Assembly (NCBI GenBank): GCA_013239625.1
Contig: MU056703.1
Coordinates: forward strand, 1,973,185-2,037,184
Length of the DNA stretch: 64,000 nt
Source of the DNA: Lama guanicoe
Taxonomy: Eukaryota
Direction: 5' to 3'
A program made the position numbers and the translations under genes. A model generated the notes under the pieces. That model did not search any database. It saw only the letters and a list, made by a program, of their open reading frames with translations, and had not been told where the DNA came from. This document shows positions 12,800 through 23,948 of this stretch, in pieces. Positions within the stretch are counted from its first letter, which is position 1. Each line of letters starts with the position of its first letter.

Positions 12800-13400
12800 T
12801 CTAATCAGGGATCTGACTAACAACTTGAGGGGAGGCTGAGGTGGTCGGGAGGCTTCCCTGAGAAAGTGACAGCTGACCGTGGGCCTGGATGGGCAGGTAC
12901 AGCCGGAGGTAGGAGCGTGTCACATGCAAAGGCCCCGTGGTGAACACGTGCAAAGGACAAGGTGCTGGAGAGGCTGGGGGCCCCCAGACGGCACAGGACC
13001 TGCAGGTCTCGTCAGGAGAGCCACCTGAGAGCATGGGGCGCACTGCAGGGCTGTGAGGGAAGGGTGTCCTGGGGGTTGGGGACAGGAGAGTGCACTCTGG
13101 CTGCACTGGGGGGCAGACCGGAGGGCAGGCACATAACGGGGTGGACCAGCTGGAGCTACTGCGCTGGCGAGGTGAGCCGGAGCCCAGGAGGTGGTGGAAG
13201 GACACAGGTGAAGCAGCCTTGTTAGGACTGGGGGGGTGGGAGCAGGAGGGACGCGTCAGTGACGGTGACTCGACGGAGCCTGTGGGGATGCGGTGAGGAA
13301 AGCCAAGGAAGAGGGGGTCTCGGGAAGGAGGGAAAGAGCTTCGGCGTGTGACGCCTTCGCTGTGGAGGTGGGCAGGATGAGGCCGGCTCGTGTCCACGCG
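12800..13400 (-). mobile_element. L2 LINE fragment
   Basis: gggaggcttccctgagaaagtgacagctga...cacatgcaaaggccc...gaaagccaaggaagagggggtctcgggaagg are typical reverse-complement L2 3' blocks. Boundaries approximate. Confidence 0.6.
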
Positions 13401-13509
13401 TCCCGGGGCCGAGAGGGGGTCCCCGCCAGCCTGGGGAGTGGTGCTGGCAGGTGGGCGGGAGAGGAGGACGGGCAGGAGACAGTGGGGCAGGTGGCTCTGC
13501 GGACCCGGG

Positions 13510-13694
13510 TGGGTCCCTGGGGCCGCCGACCGTTGCTGCTGGATGATCCCGTCGCCAGGAGCTGTCCTGGGCGTTGCAGGATGTCCAGCAGCCTCCTGAC
13601 CTCCACCCGGGTGCCCCCACAGCTGTGACAAGCACGTCTCCAGACATGGTCAGATGTCCCAGGGGGACCCTCCCCCCTCCCCCTGAAATGGCTG
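13510..13694 (-). mobile_element. MER20 (hAT-Charlie) non-autonomous DNA transposon
   Basis: gctgtcctgggcgttgcaggatgtccagcagc...agctgtgacaagcacgtctccagacatggtcagatgtcccaggggg matches the MER20 reverse complement. Confidence 0.8.
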
Positions 13695-14509
13695 AGTTCG
13701 AAGTCATGAGGGTCAAGTAAGAGACTTGAACAAACTTACAGGCGGTGGTGAGGACGCAGCTGAGGGAGAGAAGGCGGAGGGCTGCGGGAGGCGGTGCTCC
13801 ACTGCGAGGGTGGGGGGCCGGGGACCCGGAACCAGGGCGGCGCCGGCCCTGGGTGGATGGGTGTCCTCAGAGAGGTGACAGGACGGGCTTGCCGTGGGGT
13901 GCTGGTGCCCCGGGAGCACAGGGTCCCCGGACTCTTGCTCCCGCGTCCACCCGAGGGTGGTCCTTAGCGGGAGGTGTGGACACAGCAGGCACGGCCGTTC
14001 GGCAGGAAGGTTTACGGAGAACTTGCGCTGGAGAAGAGCTCGCCAGGGGCCTGGGGAGGAGGGCGTAGGGGTGGCCAGGCTTACCCCATAACACCCGCCT
14101 GTAAGGCAAGGGCCCCATCGGAACCAGTCTGACACCGGGATCTGGGCCGCAGACATCGAGGATGTGGAGGCCCTGGGCAGGCCGGCCCCCTGCGGCTCAG
14201 GACGGCAGGTGGACAGAGGGGGCCTGCGGCATCAGGGAAACACTCGAAGCTCTGGGTCTGGGGAGGAGCTGAGGGAACATTTCCCTCTTGGGCTGTTACG
14301 GTCGGTCATCCAGCTTGTCACCAGATGGGACAGCATCTCCAAATTCTGACAGTGAAGAGCACTGCCTGCCCACGGAAGGACTTTCCTCGCTCCAAAGGCA
14401 TGAGACTTGCAGACCTGCCCTGACGGGGGGGCTGTTTGTGTTCGTGGACAGAAAAGCCAGGAGAAGCCCAGATGGGTGCAGAGCCAGGCCGTGCTGCTCC
14501 TGCTGGCCA

Positions 14510-14670
14510 GGCGGGCAGCTTGCTGCTTCTGTGCCTCAGTTTTCTAATCCAAGGAATGGGAATAAAATGTGAACCTCGTAGAATTCTTGCAGGCAATCGA
14601 TGAATAATGCAGCATCTGTGTAAGTCTTAACTGAGTGCTCAACACGTGGGAAGGACTTAACAAGTAACTG
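14510..14670 (+). mobile_element. MIR SINE fragment
   Basis: cttctgtgcctcagttttctaatc...aatgggaataaaa (MIR core), then gtgtaagtcttaactgagtgctcaacacgtgggaaggacttaacaa (MIR tail). Confidence 0.75.
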
Positions 14671-15453
14671 CCCAAGATCTGCGTACGTTATAGGTCGGGT
14701 GCGTGGTATAAAGAAAGCTGAGATGCGGCCAGGCTTGTGAAAAAGACTCCCACGTGGCTGAAAGGGCCGCAAACGGAGGCAGAGCGTTTGATGCCGGTTG
14801 AGATGGAAATGTTTCAGAAAAGTCACAGGAGCGATGGGAGAAGGCTTCAGGGTAAGAAGAACAGGGTAGAGGAAATACGTGGTTTCAGGTTTGAGGTTTT
14901 CTCCGCCAGACGGAATTCCGAGATTTCTGAAGAAAAGCTAACAGTGCTGGCGTGTCTCCTTTCACTCTGCGGCTTTGGATGATTTCAGAATTTCAGAGTA
15001 ATGAGTTCCATGAAAATGTTTGTAACTTGACGTGGACACATTATGAGTCGAATCTGAAATCCTCCTCCCCCAAAATACCCAAAAGGAAGAAATTATTCAC
15101 GTCACGTGTCTGCCGCTTCCACAGCTACTAGCACGTGCTGCTTGCTGAGGTGGTTCCCGATGGGAAAGTGGGGACGTGTGAAACCTAGGCCTTGTCAGGA
15201 AGTTGCTGTTGTTTTACTGCCAGAGCCCGTCACCGAGGCAGGGGAGCCGGCTGTGAGGGGGAAGGGAAAGGGGGCAGCTTCCCGTGTCTGCGGATATAAA
15301 TCATCTTTCAATCACTGAACGTGGATTCGGCTGCTCGATTCTCTGTGTGTTTCCTGTCAGCCAGACTGCAGTTTCCGAGACTGGAAACTTTATGTTCAGC
15401 ATGGAATTACGGGCCTCCACGTTGCCTTCCTGGAGCCCCAGCGCACACGCGGG

Positions 15454-15504
15454 CATCACACCTGGGCACACATCACGCCTGGGCACACGCCACGCGTGGA
15501 CACA
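15454..15504. repeat. 17-bp tandem repeat, 3 units
   Basis: catcacacctgggcaca / catcacgcctgggcaca / cgccacgcgtggacaca. Confidence 0.8.
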
Positions 15505-16184
15505 CGCGTGCTCGCGCCCCAGCCCCTCCCCACCACCTCGCTGCAGGCGGTCACCTGGCTGCACTGTTCTCTTAATCAGGGGCCAGGAGAGCATCTGCCT
15601 GCAGCAAACGCTCAGAAGGAGATTCCCGTGAAAACCAAACAAAAAGGCAATACAGCGAGGACGCGGCGGATATTAAATTTTTCATTAGATCCATGGCTCA
15701 AAGCTTTTAGGCTCCAGGCTCATAAATGCTGCTTTCTTGCTGACCCCTAATCCAGTCTACTTCGAGGAACTTGGCAAAATTTCAGAATTGTGAGACCTGG
15801 GTGGGTTTGAAAAATTACCAAGAAGACCAGGAAAATGGATGCAGGTTTGTGATGGAAAAAGAGATGAATCAGGAACCCTGAAAATGTGGATTTTATCTTA
15901 TATCTTTGCTGCTGGGTTGTAGGAGCAAATGGCTGTGCGCGTAGCAGGGCTCGTGTTTCGTGATTCCATAGGCAGGAATCATCCGTGGACTCACGTGCAC
16001 GGTGATCAGAAAGCCCCGACCTCGTTTCTGCTCTGTTGCACCAGACACATCCATTGTGCTCAAGAACTTGTCCATTGTAGGTGCACCTACAAAACTGTGT
16101 GACCCATAAGGATCGTGGCCGTGAAGCGTCTTTTTACCAATCATCTGTCTGCGTGTTTGTCATCCATCCGTCCGTCATCTGTCC

Positions 16185-16275
16185 ACATATTCCCCAGACG
16201 TTGTCTGGAACATAGTAGGTGTGGAATAAATGCATGAAAACTTAATAAAAATGAAGGAATAAATGAGTGGATGGA
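16185..16275 (+). mobile_element. L2 3' end
   Basis: tccccagacgttgtctggaacatagtaggtgtggaataaatgcatgaa...tgaaggaataaatgagtgg, the L2 tail with (TGAA)-like terminal repeats. Confidence 0.65.
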
Positions 16276-19200
16276 CGACGAGTAAACAGATTAACCAGAT
16301 TACATGGAACATCGTGGACGCCGTACAGTGACTGCTTGTAGGACACAGGACGGTGCTGACAGAACAGTGGAGGGCAGGACAGCAGACCGGACGTGGGGCA
16401 TTCGGGACCCGGGCTCACACGGTGACGAGGCCCGGGCACGGTGCCTCTGACTCACTTGTTGAGGGGATGAAGCCCAGAGCAGAGCGCTTGGACCCACTCC
16501 CGTGACCTTGGTGTCCCTGGTCGTTTCCAAGAAGGGAAGAGCGACTGGTAATTTGGGAAACACGGGGTGGAGAACAGAGGATATAGATGTCTCTGCGATG
16601 CTGGAACTGGGTTACAGTCAAAACGCCGGCCCTCGTCACGTAGAGACAGCGCGCTGGTGTGATGTGCCAGCCGACCCAGCGGGAGGGGCGAGGCCGCTCC
16701 GAGCGCCAGAGACCCTCTGCCCTCCGCCCACGCGGGGCGCGTCACCTCCCAGGGCCGCTGGCGTGCTGCCGTTTCACTCGCGCATCTGGAATGCGGGACA
16801 CTCAGACTACGTCATCTTTCTGCTTACATACTTGAAATCTGTGATTTTAATTTAAAATGATAAAATATTATTTCAGCGTCTAACTTAGATATCTGAGCTG
16901 ACAGTCATTTGTTATCTCCATCAGCCAGCTCGCCACCTGATCAGAAACATCCGTCTAGTGGGGAGGGTGCAGCTCCGGGGTGGAGCGTGTGACTAGCAGG
17001 CACGGGGTCCTGGCTTCAGGCCCCAGCGCCTCCTGTAAACATAAACTAACAAACATAAATGAACCTAGTTACCTCCTCCCCCCAAAACTGTCTAGGACAG
17101 CCGTACTGTGCCCCAGTGAAGAAGGCGCACATCCGAGGGTGAGTAACAGCCCTGACCTTAGATTTGTCCCTTCACCTGTTGATTTGCTGACGGAAACGTT
17201 AAGTGGGGACTTACTAACGAGGAGGGCGGGTGCTGCGGGGAAGCCTTGTCCGCTCAGCCCGGGGCCGCTGGGGCCCTGCCTGCCGTAGGAAGATCAGGAC
17301 TTGAGACACAGCTGAACGAGAGCTTAAAGGCTTTATAACCAATAACCCTGTAATCCTCACGCCGGTCAGGCTGAGGAGTGGCCGGCGCTGCGGGGAGGAG
17401 GCACAAGTGAGGTGTCTCATTCAGAGCAGTGATGAGATGTCGGAAAGGAGCCTCACCGTGTCTCGGCGCAAATGCAACCTGTAAACGTGCTGAGCAGCAG
17501 AGCTGGAACATTCCACAGGCACAGAAGTCCGGGGTTAAAATCCACTAGTTTAGTAACAAATGTGTGGACGTCCGAAGGAGGGAGAAAACTGACTGCCGAA
17601 AAGCGGGGAATGGTTGTAGGGCCTTCACCAGCAGGGGAGAGTCCCGTTCTGCAAGGCAACACACAGAAGGAAAGAGAAGCAGCTGACAAGATTCGAAGAT
17701 GGGAAATTCACAGCAGTCGTAAGAAGAGAAGGAGCTTTGAGCTCGAAGATTTATGGGAGCTGACTGGCCACGACGCCCGGTGACAACATGGTTCTCCTCC
17801 ACCCGCTGTCCTTATGGACACTGGTTTACACGAAAGGCCCCGGGCATCAGTGTGGCCCTGGGTCACTGACCCGGCATGTCTGGGGTTCAGAGGCCCCATG
17901 TCCAGCTTCCCTGCTCGGTTAGAGCTCTTGTCCCAGAGGGGCGACCTGGGCTGTGTCTCTCAGGTTCTTACCATCTGTGGGGACTCAGACTGATCGTCAG
18001 TCTATCCGTGTGAAGAGGAACTGTGCTACCACCAGTGCACGTGCCCGCACACGTAGCACGCACCTCCAAGGCTGCCACAGCACCAGCCATCTCACCACGC
18101 GTCCTGACGAGGGTGATTACCATGGGTGATTGCTCCTGGCGACCACGTGGTTGTCAGAAAACCCTCTGATTTTTCTCAACAATCATATGAGATAGACATT
18201 TTAAACTAAGGATCATGTATGAAAAAGCCGAGAATTACAAAGATTAGAAAAAGATACCCAAGACAGTTCAGGTCATGAGTGGCTAAGTCAGGATTCATTC
18301 CCAGGGCTGCTGGATTTCAAGCCCTTCTTCTTAGCCACTGCGTCTCCCGTCACCCGGGACACCCACCTCCTCTGTGGTGGCAGAAAGGAGTAACACTGCA
18401 CACCCAGTAAGCAGAACTCCTCCTGCGACAAACAGTCTTCGTGATGTATGTGTGATTTACAGCCACTGACACTCAGCCTACAGGACACCCTGGGCACTTT
18501 TGGACGGTGACACCAAGTGCCCACGGTGAGTCCCAGCATCTGCACAGATGGTTTTGAACCAACAGGATCCAAACGAGGTCAAGAGGTGTAGCTGGACCAA
18601 GACGCACCGTCTGATCTTCTGACTCGCACTCTGCCAAGCTAAGCATTTTGGTTTAAATTGTGGTCTTGCCTAATTCTCTGGAATGGAAAAGGCCAAGGAG
18701 CCACCTGAAAGGTTTGCGTCTTGGTGTCTGTATGTGGTAAATACTTGACTGTTCCTTGCTCTCCTCGTGAGGTGGGCAGTGGCCTCCCTCTCCGTGGATG
18801 AGTGGCCGCCTGTGTGAGCTCATTCTTTGAACCCCTGCTGCTACTTCGGAGGAACTGAGGTTCCAAAATCAGTCAATGTGACGTTTTCTGGTTTGATTGA
18901 AGAATCCTGTATCCATAACTTTCGTTGCTAGGATGATTTTTTTTTTAACGGGCAGGGTCTGGGCAGCGGGAGTCGCTGGGATGGAATGCGGCTCCTCGCA
19001 GCGCCACCCGCCCACCCAACGGGATGAGAAGGGGGAGCACCGACCCGCCCGCATGCCCGCGTGGGGAGAGGCGGTCTCTCCTGCTGCTCCTTCGCCGAGC
19101 ACCCAGCCGGCTGAACAAATGGGCACCCACGGGGGCTGCGCTCCGGCGAGGCCAGTGTGCAGTGCCATTAAGTGGCCCTTGCCTGATCCTTTTGACAGCG

Positions 19201-20029
19201 AGAAACAGGTGACGTTATCGTAGGTCCTCTGGCGGATTTAATGACAGGCACCTCCCGTCTTCTGTCCCTGCTCCCCTTGCACCGCCCAGCTCGCTCCTCG
19301 GCGTGGTCTTGACACGCGCACCACATGTGACACCTGCTCGGTACCTGTGTCTAGGGAGCTGGGGGCTGTTAACCCGTGTCTTGGCTGCACAGTGGCCTTG
19401 GAAGGACGTCCTTGCTGTTCTGTGACAGGCGTTTTCCCAGCTGTGAGCTGGGACAGAACTGGTCCTGGTGGCAGCGGACAGAGGGGATTTCTGCAGAGTC
19501 GCTCAGGGGCCAGTGCCCAGATGCCTGACAAAGGGCCGCGAGGCTGTGAAGCATCCAGGCTGCCCTCACGCCGCCTCCCGTCCCCGGGAAGAGGCTGGGG
19601 GGGGCAGCAGCCTCCCTTCACACCGCGCAGGGCCAAAGCCCAGGATGGCCCGCTCCCGGCTCCCATCCCCCCGTGTTCACTGTCTCGGCTGCTGCCTTTT
19701 CCTAAGAGCTTCCAGCTGACGCTCTAACGTGGCTGGTAGACTTGGTTTTCAGCCATGAAACCAAGGAGTGAATTTTTGCGAGCGACCCGCCCTTGGTCAC
19801 GTCACGGTCTTTTCGTCCTGCTCTCCCTTTCACACTGTTTTCTGTTCTCTTCTGCGGTGACCAGGACAGTCGCCTCCTGCTCTAGATGGGAGTTCCCCGA
19901 GTTCCTCGCAGGAAGCACGGAGGCCCGTGCTCTCCTCCGGCCTCGGGCGAGCACGGCGCGCTCTGCCTTTCCCTGCAGGGTGGTCGGACGTCCCTTCTTG
20001 GGGCCAGTCTCAGGTGTTACCCTTCAGGC

Positions 20030-20206
20030 GTGCGCTAGGGCAGTAGCTGGTAGCTTCATGTGGCTGCTCAAATTTAATAAAAATTCAGTGCCGGTCTCCC
20101 CAGCTTCATTTCAAGTGTTCAGTACCACGTGTGGCTGGTGGCTACCACAGTGGACGACGTGGACATAACACTTCCACGACTGTAGGAAGTTCTATTTGTA
20201 GCGCTG
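20030..20206. mobile_element. MER3-like (hAT-Charlie) MITE
   Basis: catgtggctgctcaaatttaataaaaattcag...catttcaagtgttcagtaccacgtgtggctggtggctacc...ggaagttctatttgtagcgctg matches MER3/MER33 blocks and terminus. Confidence 0.8.
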
Positions 20207-21194
20207 GTCCAGACCGCAGTGTCAATCTACTGAACGGCGAATCTTTGACGGAAAATATTTTCCAGATAATAGACATGAAAAAAAATGGCCATTGAGAGAC
20301 AGTAAAATTCCAAATTCACTTCTTATTCAAATCACTGAAAAGCAATTGAGAATTAATGGTTGCTCCGCTGAAGTAGAGAATGTACAAACGTACCTTGGAC
20401 TGATCCCCGGCCTCGTCCCAGCGTGTGAAGCCCACCCTCCTGCGTGCTCAGGACTGCTCTGTGGCAGGAGTGTTGGATAGATTTGATGCATTTATGTATT
20501 TTTGCTAGTTTGTTTACACATCATCTCATTCAAAAAAATGTGAGTGGCTAATTCGAATGGACATAACAGAGTGAGAACCACGGGGCGGCCACCGAGGCCA
20601 GACAGCGAAAGGAAGCCAGAGGGAGGGCAGGACGCAGGAGTGCGCTCAAGAGGTAGAGGGCTTTACCTGCAGACGGAGCTTCCCAGCCGCCGGCGCGGGC
20701 TCGATGAGCCGGGATTTCTCAGCAGCGCTGTGACAAGACTGCTCCTCCCGTGGCTCTTCCTCCCAGCGAATCTGCCCCCGCCCCCACGTCTCTCACACAG
20801 TCACAGCGAACGGATGTTATGAAATCACTGTGTTCCTCTTGCCGGGGAACCTGAGGCATGCGCTTTGTAGTGGAGGACACTCTGCTTACTTACAAACCAC
20901 ACCTGGAATGGCCAGAGCCAACCAAAGTCCCAAACTCACACAGGCGAAGAGAGAACGGCCCCCGAGTCGTCCGCTGAGCCAGGGCACCCTGCAAGGCGGG
21001 GCCGTCTCAGGGCCCCCGCAGGGTCACGGGCCAGCCAGCCCAGCACGGAGCACCCACCGGGGCGTGCTGAGTCGTCTGGGTCATTGATCGGTGGGTTTCT
21101 CGAAGCTCAAGGTGGAACGGGTTCCTCGGTGCTGGTGAACTTCCAGGTAAACTATCAGGTGGACTTCAAAGCAGTCGGTTTGGCAGCTTCCCTT

Positions 21195-21275
21195 CTATTC
21201 AGCGAATCCTTGTTGAATGTCCACTGTGTGAAAGGCTCTGTGATGGACACAGTGAAAGCAGCTTGGACCAGGGAT
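21195..21275 (-). mobile_element. L2 3' end fragment
   Basis: tattcagcgaatccttgttgaatgtccactgtgtgaaaggctctgtg resembles the reverse complement of the L2 tail. Confidence 0.5.
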
Positions 21276-22304
21276 GTCTTCCGCTATAACAGGCGTGCAC
21301 CTGCCCCTGAGAGTGCGGACAGTCCTGCCCCGTCTCTCTGGGACAGCTGGCGACCCCAGCCGTGCACAGCTGTAGCTTGTGGCCTGCGACAAAGTGTCGT
21401 CGGCCAGAGAGCAGAATCACGGAGGCAAACCCTGTGCCTTTGAGTCTCAGTGTTGAGTTTGAGCCCCAACCCTTTTGCTAAATAGTGCTCAGTAAACATC
21501 TGATGAACTATGACAAATCCTTCCCATAAATATTCTCTCCTGAAACCAGACACTCAGCTGAGCTCACCGACATCTCACATGCACGGCGACAGAGGCACCA
21601 CGCAACACCCCCAACCGCCACAAGCAAGTAAAACAAGCAAGAGAAAAGACTCTTGGAATTCAGAGTTCCTTCTGCGACAATACTTGATTATCACGGATTC
21701 TGTGGCGAAAGGTTTTAGTATTCTAGTGCAGATTTAGGTCAGATTCTCGTGCAGAAGGGACCGCTACAGAGGAGAATTACTGATCCAGGATCAGCAGTGG
21801 TTATTGCAGGACCGCAAGGGGCCTCACGGTGGCCTCGATTGTGCCCTGCCCCTCCCAGACCTCCAGCTGGATTTACTGATATGAAATTCCAAAGAGAAAC
21901 CGTATCCACAGTTAGCTCAAGACATCTCTTACATTTGAGCTTTGGGGTGAAAACCCTCATTTGCTGTGTCCAGTGGTTGAAGAGACAGAAAGAGCCCCCG
22001 CGGGAGGGGCGTTCGGACGGTGCAGCTAGGAGGCGGTGCGAGCGTTACAGTTTTCAAAGGCTCGCCCGTGACTCGAGGAAGGAGGAACGCAGCCGTGCCT
22101 GTGGTTCCGCACCCCGGGAAGGCGTAGGCCGACACCCCTCTCCATCTCTGGTCGGGCGCCTCACTTAAATCCCCTCCCCCGTTCCCAGCGGTCCGTGTTT
22201 TCCAGAAGGGCCCTGGAGCTTGTCTGGGTTCCAGCACTCCCGCGTCTGCGGGACCGGCAGAGACTCCCAGCCCCTGCAGCCTGCCGCCGCTGGCCCGTCC
22301 TCTC

Positions 22305-22870
22305 GCCAAACAGTCTAATCCCTCTTCTGCGAGTCAATGAATTTATTAAAGACAAATAGTCAGTCCCGTCTGCAAATCCCGCAGAATGCAGCGTTTTGCC
22401 TAAATGACATTTAGCCAAGTTGTAACTCTAATGGCAAAGAAAACAGTAGCGGCTCATCCTTAAACCTCCGTCCCCGGGCGCACATCACTTCCAATATCCT
22501 GCACGAGTTCTTTGAAGGGTTTGTGCCCGGCGGACCCCAGAGGGCATCTCCGGGATTAGTTAACAGTGAGAACGCAGCAGGCTCAATTTATTGGTTATGG
22601 TCGCCCATGATTGCATAAAAAATAAAATTAAAAGGAAGCCCCCGAAGAATAGTTCATCAAGCGCGGTGATGGTCCCCCCCGACGGAGCCCATAAAAGCAT
22701 ATTAGCGACCCCCCGCTGGGGTGTGTTTACGGGTGAAGTCAGAGAGATGGATCGCTTTTTCCAGGAATGGCATTCGACTTCAGCAGGCTGCTGTCATTAG
22801 CCCGAAAAACACACTAATCATCAAACGCCTGGCACACAATGAAAGCAGGAAACAAGCCAAATATGGGATC
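22305..22870. promoter_or_regulatory. Candidate conserved non-coding enhancer
   Basis: Non-repeat island with TTTATT, TAATGG, CATAAA and TGTCATTA motifs. Conservation not tested. Confidence 0.45.
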
Positions 22871-23469
22871 TTTACAGACCTGGCTCCTCCTGGGGTGCTC
22901 TGACACGAGGCCTGTTTATAGGCGGCTCTTCTGGAGACGCCTACGCCCTGCCTGTCCCCGCACCGACGGCCCACGGCGTCCTCACCCCACGGCAGGGCAT
23001 GGATCCGCCCCCAGCAAGGCCTGAGTTCCCAGAGGACTCTCGGAGCTCTACAGAGTCCCGACGTCCATGTGTCCACGGTGGATGCAGATCACAGCCAAGA
23101 TCAGCGAGCCTGGGCCATTGGCTGGACTCTCCGCACCTTGGAGGTGGGGGCTGGGGCTTGAGGTTCACCTGTGACACAGCCACCCTGGGAAACACCAGCC
23201 TCTCTCCGCCGCCCACTCCGTCCGCACAGGGGACACTCCGCCCCAGGCCTGGGGAGAGTCCCAGCACCAGAGACGACCCTCCATCCAGTCGGCAGTCAGC
23301 GATGTTCTCCAGGGCTCGCTGTGCTGGGATGGGCCATTCATCCGGGTGCATGTGCCCTCCCTCGACCTTGAAGACCACGCAGTGTGGGTGTTTGTGTTTC
23401 CCTCTGTTGTGCCATCGAGAACCCTGAAAACCCTGAAGTCTAGAGCCATCACATTTCAGAGACTCGTGG

Positions 23470-23948
23470 TGTTGCAGAAAAGCATGTTACAACTCCGTGT
23501 TACAGCTCAGTAGTGACAGCAACCTGGATCCAGGCGAGAGACCAAACAGCACTTGGAGTTGGAGAACTCAGGTTTATTACACCAGCAGGCCCATAAAAGC
23601 TAATACTCCAAGCTCTGGACCCCGTCTGTAGGTTTACACAGGCCTTTATAGACTGACAGTTTACACTTTGCAACATCATATGCAAATGAGGTATAACAAA
23701 AGTTGACTAATTAGGAACAAGCTTTGTAGAAATGGACCAATCAGGAGGGAGAGAAATAACCAATCAGGAGTGAATGGACCAATCAGGAGTGAGCTTAGGG
23801 AACCAATAGAATTTTAGGGATAAATAAGCCGTTTCAGAAGCAGAAAGTGAGATAGAGCCCCTGGGCCAGGGAACCGCATGGTGCTGGCAGGAGAGCAGTG
23901 GCCCTGCCTGGGGGTCCTGCCGGTCTTTCTGTGGGGCTTCCCGCCTCA
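23470..23948 (-). mobile_element. Solo ERV LTR (479 bp), probably ERV1/gammaretrovirus-like
   Basis: TG...CA termini; exact 4-bp TSD gtgg at 23466-23469 and 23949-23952. Minus-strand TATAAA (23645-23650) is followed by AATAAA (23573-23578). U3 has four CCAAT boxes (23737, 23760, 23779, 23803) and ATGCAAAT (23680-23687). Confidence 0.9.

Noticed and set aside
12801-13631. 276-aa Pro/Ser-rich minus-strand ORF
   Set aside because: Overlies L2 and MER20 remnants; its composition reflects GC-rich DNA.
21779-21797. ctgatcc-a-ggatcag palindrome (and cttggttt/aaaccaag at ~19741-19767)
   Set aside because: Arms of 7-8 bp are expected by chance.
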